43,683 bases of DNA from a virus. This document shows positions 42,101 to 43,683 of the stretch, piece after piece. The stretch lies in the IMG/VR virus record IMGVR_UViG_3300043478_000025; one strand, written 5' to 3'. Both the position numbers and the translations under genes were made by a program. Numbering within the stretch: position 1 is the stretch's first letter; every line of letters starts with the position of its first letter. The notes under the pieces are model-generated. The model was not told the origin of the DNA. It saw only the letters and a program-made list of their open reading frames with translations, and did not search any database.

Positions 42101-42434
42101 TTTCAGTAAGTGGCTTGTAGGATCTACTCTGGGCGCTCCTGGACGTTTGGCATACAACGTTTTACCGCCCGGTGATCGTGCTATAGCTCCTTCAGTTACA
42201 TCTACAGCTTTGGGTCCGCAGCTTAGGAACGTTGATCAGACCTATCAGAAGTCGGAGTTCCAGCACAGGCGGAACTTGATGAACCAACAGGTTAAGAGTC
42301 TGCGCATGGAGATTGCTAAGCAGAGAGGCATTGATCCGGAGAGTGAGCGATTCGGTAGGATAACAAGCCCTGAAATCCGTCAAATGTTGAACTACATGAA
42401 GAAGGCTGGGAGGTCGGTTGGCACCTACGGTTAA
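39156..42434 (+). CDS. Large virion protein (1092 aa), probable internal core/ejection protein
   Basis: Last and largest gene of the late operon, as in podovirus gp16-like proteins. I could identify no catalytic motif. Confidence 0.45.
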   Translation: MASKQLTQDEIMKMSQYLRQQRAEGGSPHRIQQDPLGAKGEGLKQAGLGALKTTFNVLDQLKSSITTGLYESFNEKNRASLSTDPFVGFWEGLTGKRHTSVSDILKDDFGVKNKVALGVGGFVGDIALDPLTYVGLAPLKGISTGEATLRATQQIGKAVEEGTLAAEHMPQAVADLAKQLGKENPYKFKVEVGLPGRKIGVAEVRQPEVVNKLREFVKGPEGEARGFVKALSRNAEEPFGLASESRTIQSDFAGKMNRNQRALLKLHNEVDYGSRRIAALAYENPEYFNEVKDVPLITQDTVGGLAGRIMRMGRGETSALMEARDGGINTIGEYVDYVRSHRRMMTEKEMEAGMHRHLLPTQQEASQPSLFSLSEYRKPTGRISRSKNVIEWQDLSRGEKDAILDSTNQLLPKRVLKPKELEIIRGQNKQLGKAGESYVSPNMTPFEGPNGLLSTRADPVVDIGESHITSMANSFRDQTQAKIVRRALETIGIKADSVEGRAMLDNLAAKESMGIRWTNVQRGKGGNALLNEVAQHSDFKNMVIPEPIQRLLNTQHEILNNDDLGAKFMQHFDRVMSHWKALNTTLNPGYMTRNAVSDVIANFADGVFDPRRYLQAHQVLSEIKKNDVIDLAETLRDPTSALHVPNLSAPSDVAIRIGGRAHNPREIWNAGTENGVFSGEIVTERMKGAVGDPGAVGVSKDPGTALKFANIKDTLDKNVKQTASNALNLAEARMADVNIARETNQRYAHFIDRYDKEVTSGLKSYAKEHKIGSRNLEAIRAHMGTEAATQLEQKAAKTAAERVRKFNIDYGSLSSFEKKYMKRLIPFYSFFRKNAPLQMSMLFTKPGFMNAYPKTFEAIQNVIGTNDGNGDWMVPDWIRESMPVRLAVAGSQGNIVSQIARFASGASDDTSVFLPMMQGLMPASDVGTVLGPLQRAYDTHSVNQGVQAIAQNSANMANPALKMWFEKATGTNASTGGPIEPSFSKWLVGSTLGAPGRLAYNVLPPGDRAIAPSVTSTALGPQLRNVDQTYQKSEFQHRRNLMNQQVKSLRMEIAKQRGIDPESERFGRITSPEIRQMLNYMKKAGRSVGTYG

Positions 42435-42459
42435 CACAATTCCAGAGCATTAGGCATGC

Positions 42460-42492
42460 AAAAGCCCCTAGGCCAAAACCTAGGGGCTTTTT
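42460..42492. terminator. Bidirectional intrinsic terminator between the convergent blocks
   Basis: aaaa-gcccctagg (42464-42472), loop ccaaaa, cctaggggc (42479-42487), then ttttt. An A run lies upstream and a T run downstream. Confidence 0.85.
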
Positions 42493-42495
42493 ACG

Positions 42496-42801
42496 TTACT
42501 CGTGATGTTCGACGAACTTTTCCAGAGACACTTTGGTAGCTTCTGGGATCTGGTAGTAAGTTACGCTGCTGTCATCTGACTCCAAGATTATGAGGAATGT
42601 TCCGTCTGAACGCTTAACTACAGTTCCGGCAGGTACGCCTTGAAGACACGAATGGCCTTCTGTGAGAACGTATTCTACACCGCAGTAGCCGCAGACGGAC
42701 GTTTCCGAAGAACGGGTGGATTTAGTTTGTGGAGCTTCGACTCCTTCTGTATGCTGCTCAAAGAGTCGCGCCCTGTCTAATACAGCATCTCCGTCCCACA
42801 T
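42496..42801 (-). CDS. Hypothetical protein (101 aa) with a CxxC...HxC motif
   Basis: ORF-track ORF and the last gene of the minus block. The frame stays open ~150 nt upstream of the ATG without a canonical start codon. Confidence 0.6.
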   Translation of the reverse strand: MWDGDAVLDRARLFEQHTEGVEAPQTKSTRSSETSVCGYCGVEYVLTEGHSCLQGVPAGTVVKRSDGTFLIILESDDSSVTYYQIPEATKVSLEKFVEHHE

Positions 42802-42950
42802 CGGACTTCTTCCGAAGGTGAAGATGTCGTCGTTAGTTTCTCCGATGTTGACGAACCCGGATTCTTCGAGTTGTTCCGGTTCTTCCGGCAGCGATGGTGT
42901 AGGAAGCTCACCAGGATTTCTAGGTTCAGGAAGAACAGGGAACGTCGGAG

Positions 42951-43103
42951 TTACGTTTTCTTCGCTCGACTGTTCGCTATCCGTATCGCCTTCCCTTCAT
43001 CGCCTTCGCGTTTCAGAATGGCATTACTGATCGCCGCCCATTTGGCGGGTTCGATGTCTGGATTCTTTGTGTGCCTTTTGGCGTCCTTCGCTTTCCAAGG
43101 CAT
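42951..43103 (-). CDS. Small basic protein (50 aa)
   Basis: Own translation: MPWKAKDAKRHTKNPDIEPAKWAAISNAILKREGDEGKAIRIANSRAKKT. TAAATG junction with the upstream stop. Confidence 0.45.
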   Translation of the reverse strand: MPWKAKDAKRHTKNPDIEPAKWAAISNAILKREGDEGKAIRIANSRAKKT

Positions 43104-43466
43104 TTATCGAACAGGAGGTCCACCAGGAGGCATTGCACCTGACATCGGAGGCATCATTCCCATTCTACCCTGCATTGCTGGGTTTTGTCCCGGAGGCGGA
43201 CCCATAGGAACAGCACCAGGAGGAAGACCCATAGGAGGACCACCGGGAGGCATTCCACCAGGACCCCCAGGACCACCTGGGGGAGCAGAACCTTCCATTT
43301 GAGCAAGCATCATCATGATTGCTTGCAACATCGCTGGATCCATCTTTCCTCCTGAACTCTTCTTGCTACTGCCACGACGGTCATTCTTGTTGTCTGGTGT
43401 CTTGCCTTCTACGTCTACCTTGTTGTCCTTCTTCTGTTCCATCTTGAATCCGTGCTCTGTAGCCAT
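43104..43466 (-). CDS. Low-complexity Pro/Gly/Met-rich protein (120 aa)
   Basis: A basic N-terminal third and a Met-rich helix (MDPAMLQAIMMMLAQMEG), followed by PPGGPGGPGGMPPGGPPMGLPPGAVPMGPPPGQNPAMQGRMGMMPPMSGAMPPGGPP. The opposite-strand ORF 42871..43302 is a shadow. Confidence 0.65.
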   Translation of the reverse strand: MATEHGFKMEQKKDNKVDVEGKTPDNKNDRRGSSKKSSGGKMDPAMLQAIMMMLAQMEGSAPPGGPGGPGGMPPGGPPMGLPPGAVPMGPPPGQNPAMQGRMGMMPPMSGAMPPGGPPVR

Positions 43467-43683
43467 CAGCCAGTGTACCTCATTATGTTGCGGATCATCA
43501 TTGCCTGAGCAATCGCGTCATTGATTGCGATATGCGGGAGAAGACCGATACTCTCGGGCGTGACGAGCCAGCCATCAGGCATAAAAGCTTCCTCTCTGGA
43601 ACCCCCAAGCATAGCTGGATTGCGAAGTACACCAGCAGCATAGTTCTTGAGACAGAGAGGAGAGTAGCCAAACGGATTCCTCC
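43466..43683 (-). CDS. DEDDh exonuclease, C-terminal part (43557-43683 duplicates 1-127)
   Basis: Stop TGA at 43468-43466, overlapping the next ATG by 1 nt. Encodes ...PESIGLLPHIAINDAIAQAMMIRNIMRYTG, which includes the Exo III H-x4-D. Confidence 0.8.
   Translation of the reverse strand, partial: RNPFGYSPLCLKNYAAGVLRNPAMLGGSREEAFMPDGWLVTPESIGLLPHIAINDAIAQAMMIRNIMRYTG
43557..43683. repeat. Exact 127-bp terminal direct repeat, copy 2
   Basis: Identical to 1-127. Unique genome length is therefore 43556 bp. Confidence 0.95.

Noticed and set aside
39156-42434. N4-like virion RNA polymerase that would read the hairpin motifs
   Set aside because: The size (1092 aa) is similar to the N4 mini-vRNAP, and hairpin promoters are an attractive parallel. 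However, I could not find T7-like motifs A/B/C (D..., RxxxKxxxxxxxYG, HD) in the sequence. It needs a profile or structure search before it is entertained.

Overview
The window is a complete, circularly assembled dsDNA tailed-phage genome. Bases 1-127 repeat exactly at 43557-43683, so the unique length is 43556 bp, and a DEDDh exonuclease CDS reads across the junction.

Layout:
- A minus-strand early/replication/recombination/lysis block runs 22479 -> 1 and wraps to 43683 -> 42496.
- A plus-strand packaging/virion block runs 22967 -> 42434.
- The blocks diverge at a repeat-rich control region (22.48-22.97 kb) and converge on a bidirectional terminator (42460-42492).

Recognisable by motif:
- Replication and recombination: family-A DNA polymerase, AEP primase fused to a RecA-type helicase/ATPase, SNF2 helicase, Cas4-like nuclease, Sak4-like ATPase, RuvC-like resolvase.
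- Regulation and lysis: WhiB-like regulator, amidase-type endolysin.
- Packaging and virion: TerS/TerL, portal, scaffold, major capsid, then a podovirus-like tail/internal-protein module.
- No integrase, repressor or phage RNA polymerase was recognised.
- The WhiB-like gene and an LAETG (class-E sortase type) sorting signal point to an actinobacterial host.

Most unusual signals:
1. The pentamer TGTAG/CTACA is about 3-fold over-represented genome-wide. It nucleates a 14-copy 9-mer (GGAACTACA), a conserved hairpin family in early intergenic gaps, and a palindrome cluster in a 675-bp non-coding region.
2. Two tRNA-like acceptor/T-arm mimics with a compensatory stem change flank a small membrane-protein gene.
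3. A phage-encoded, sortase-anchored Thr/Pro-rich surface protein lies next to the endolysin.
4. The tail module is duplicated, with 574/523-aa and 192/193-aa paralogue pairs.

All functional calls rest on motifs read by eye. No database search or folding program was run, and start codons of many small ORFs are provisional.
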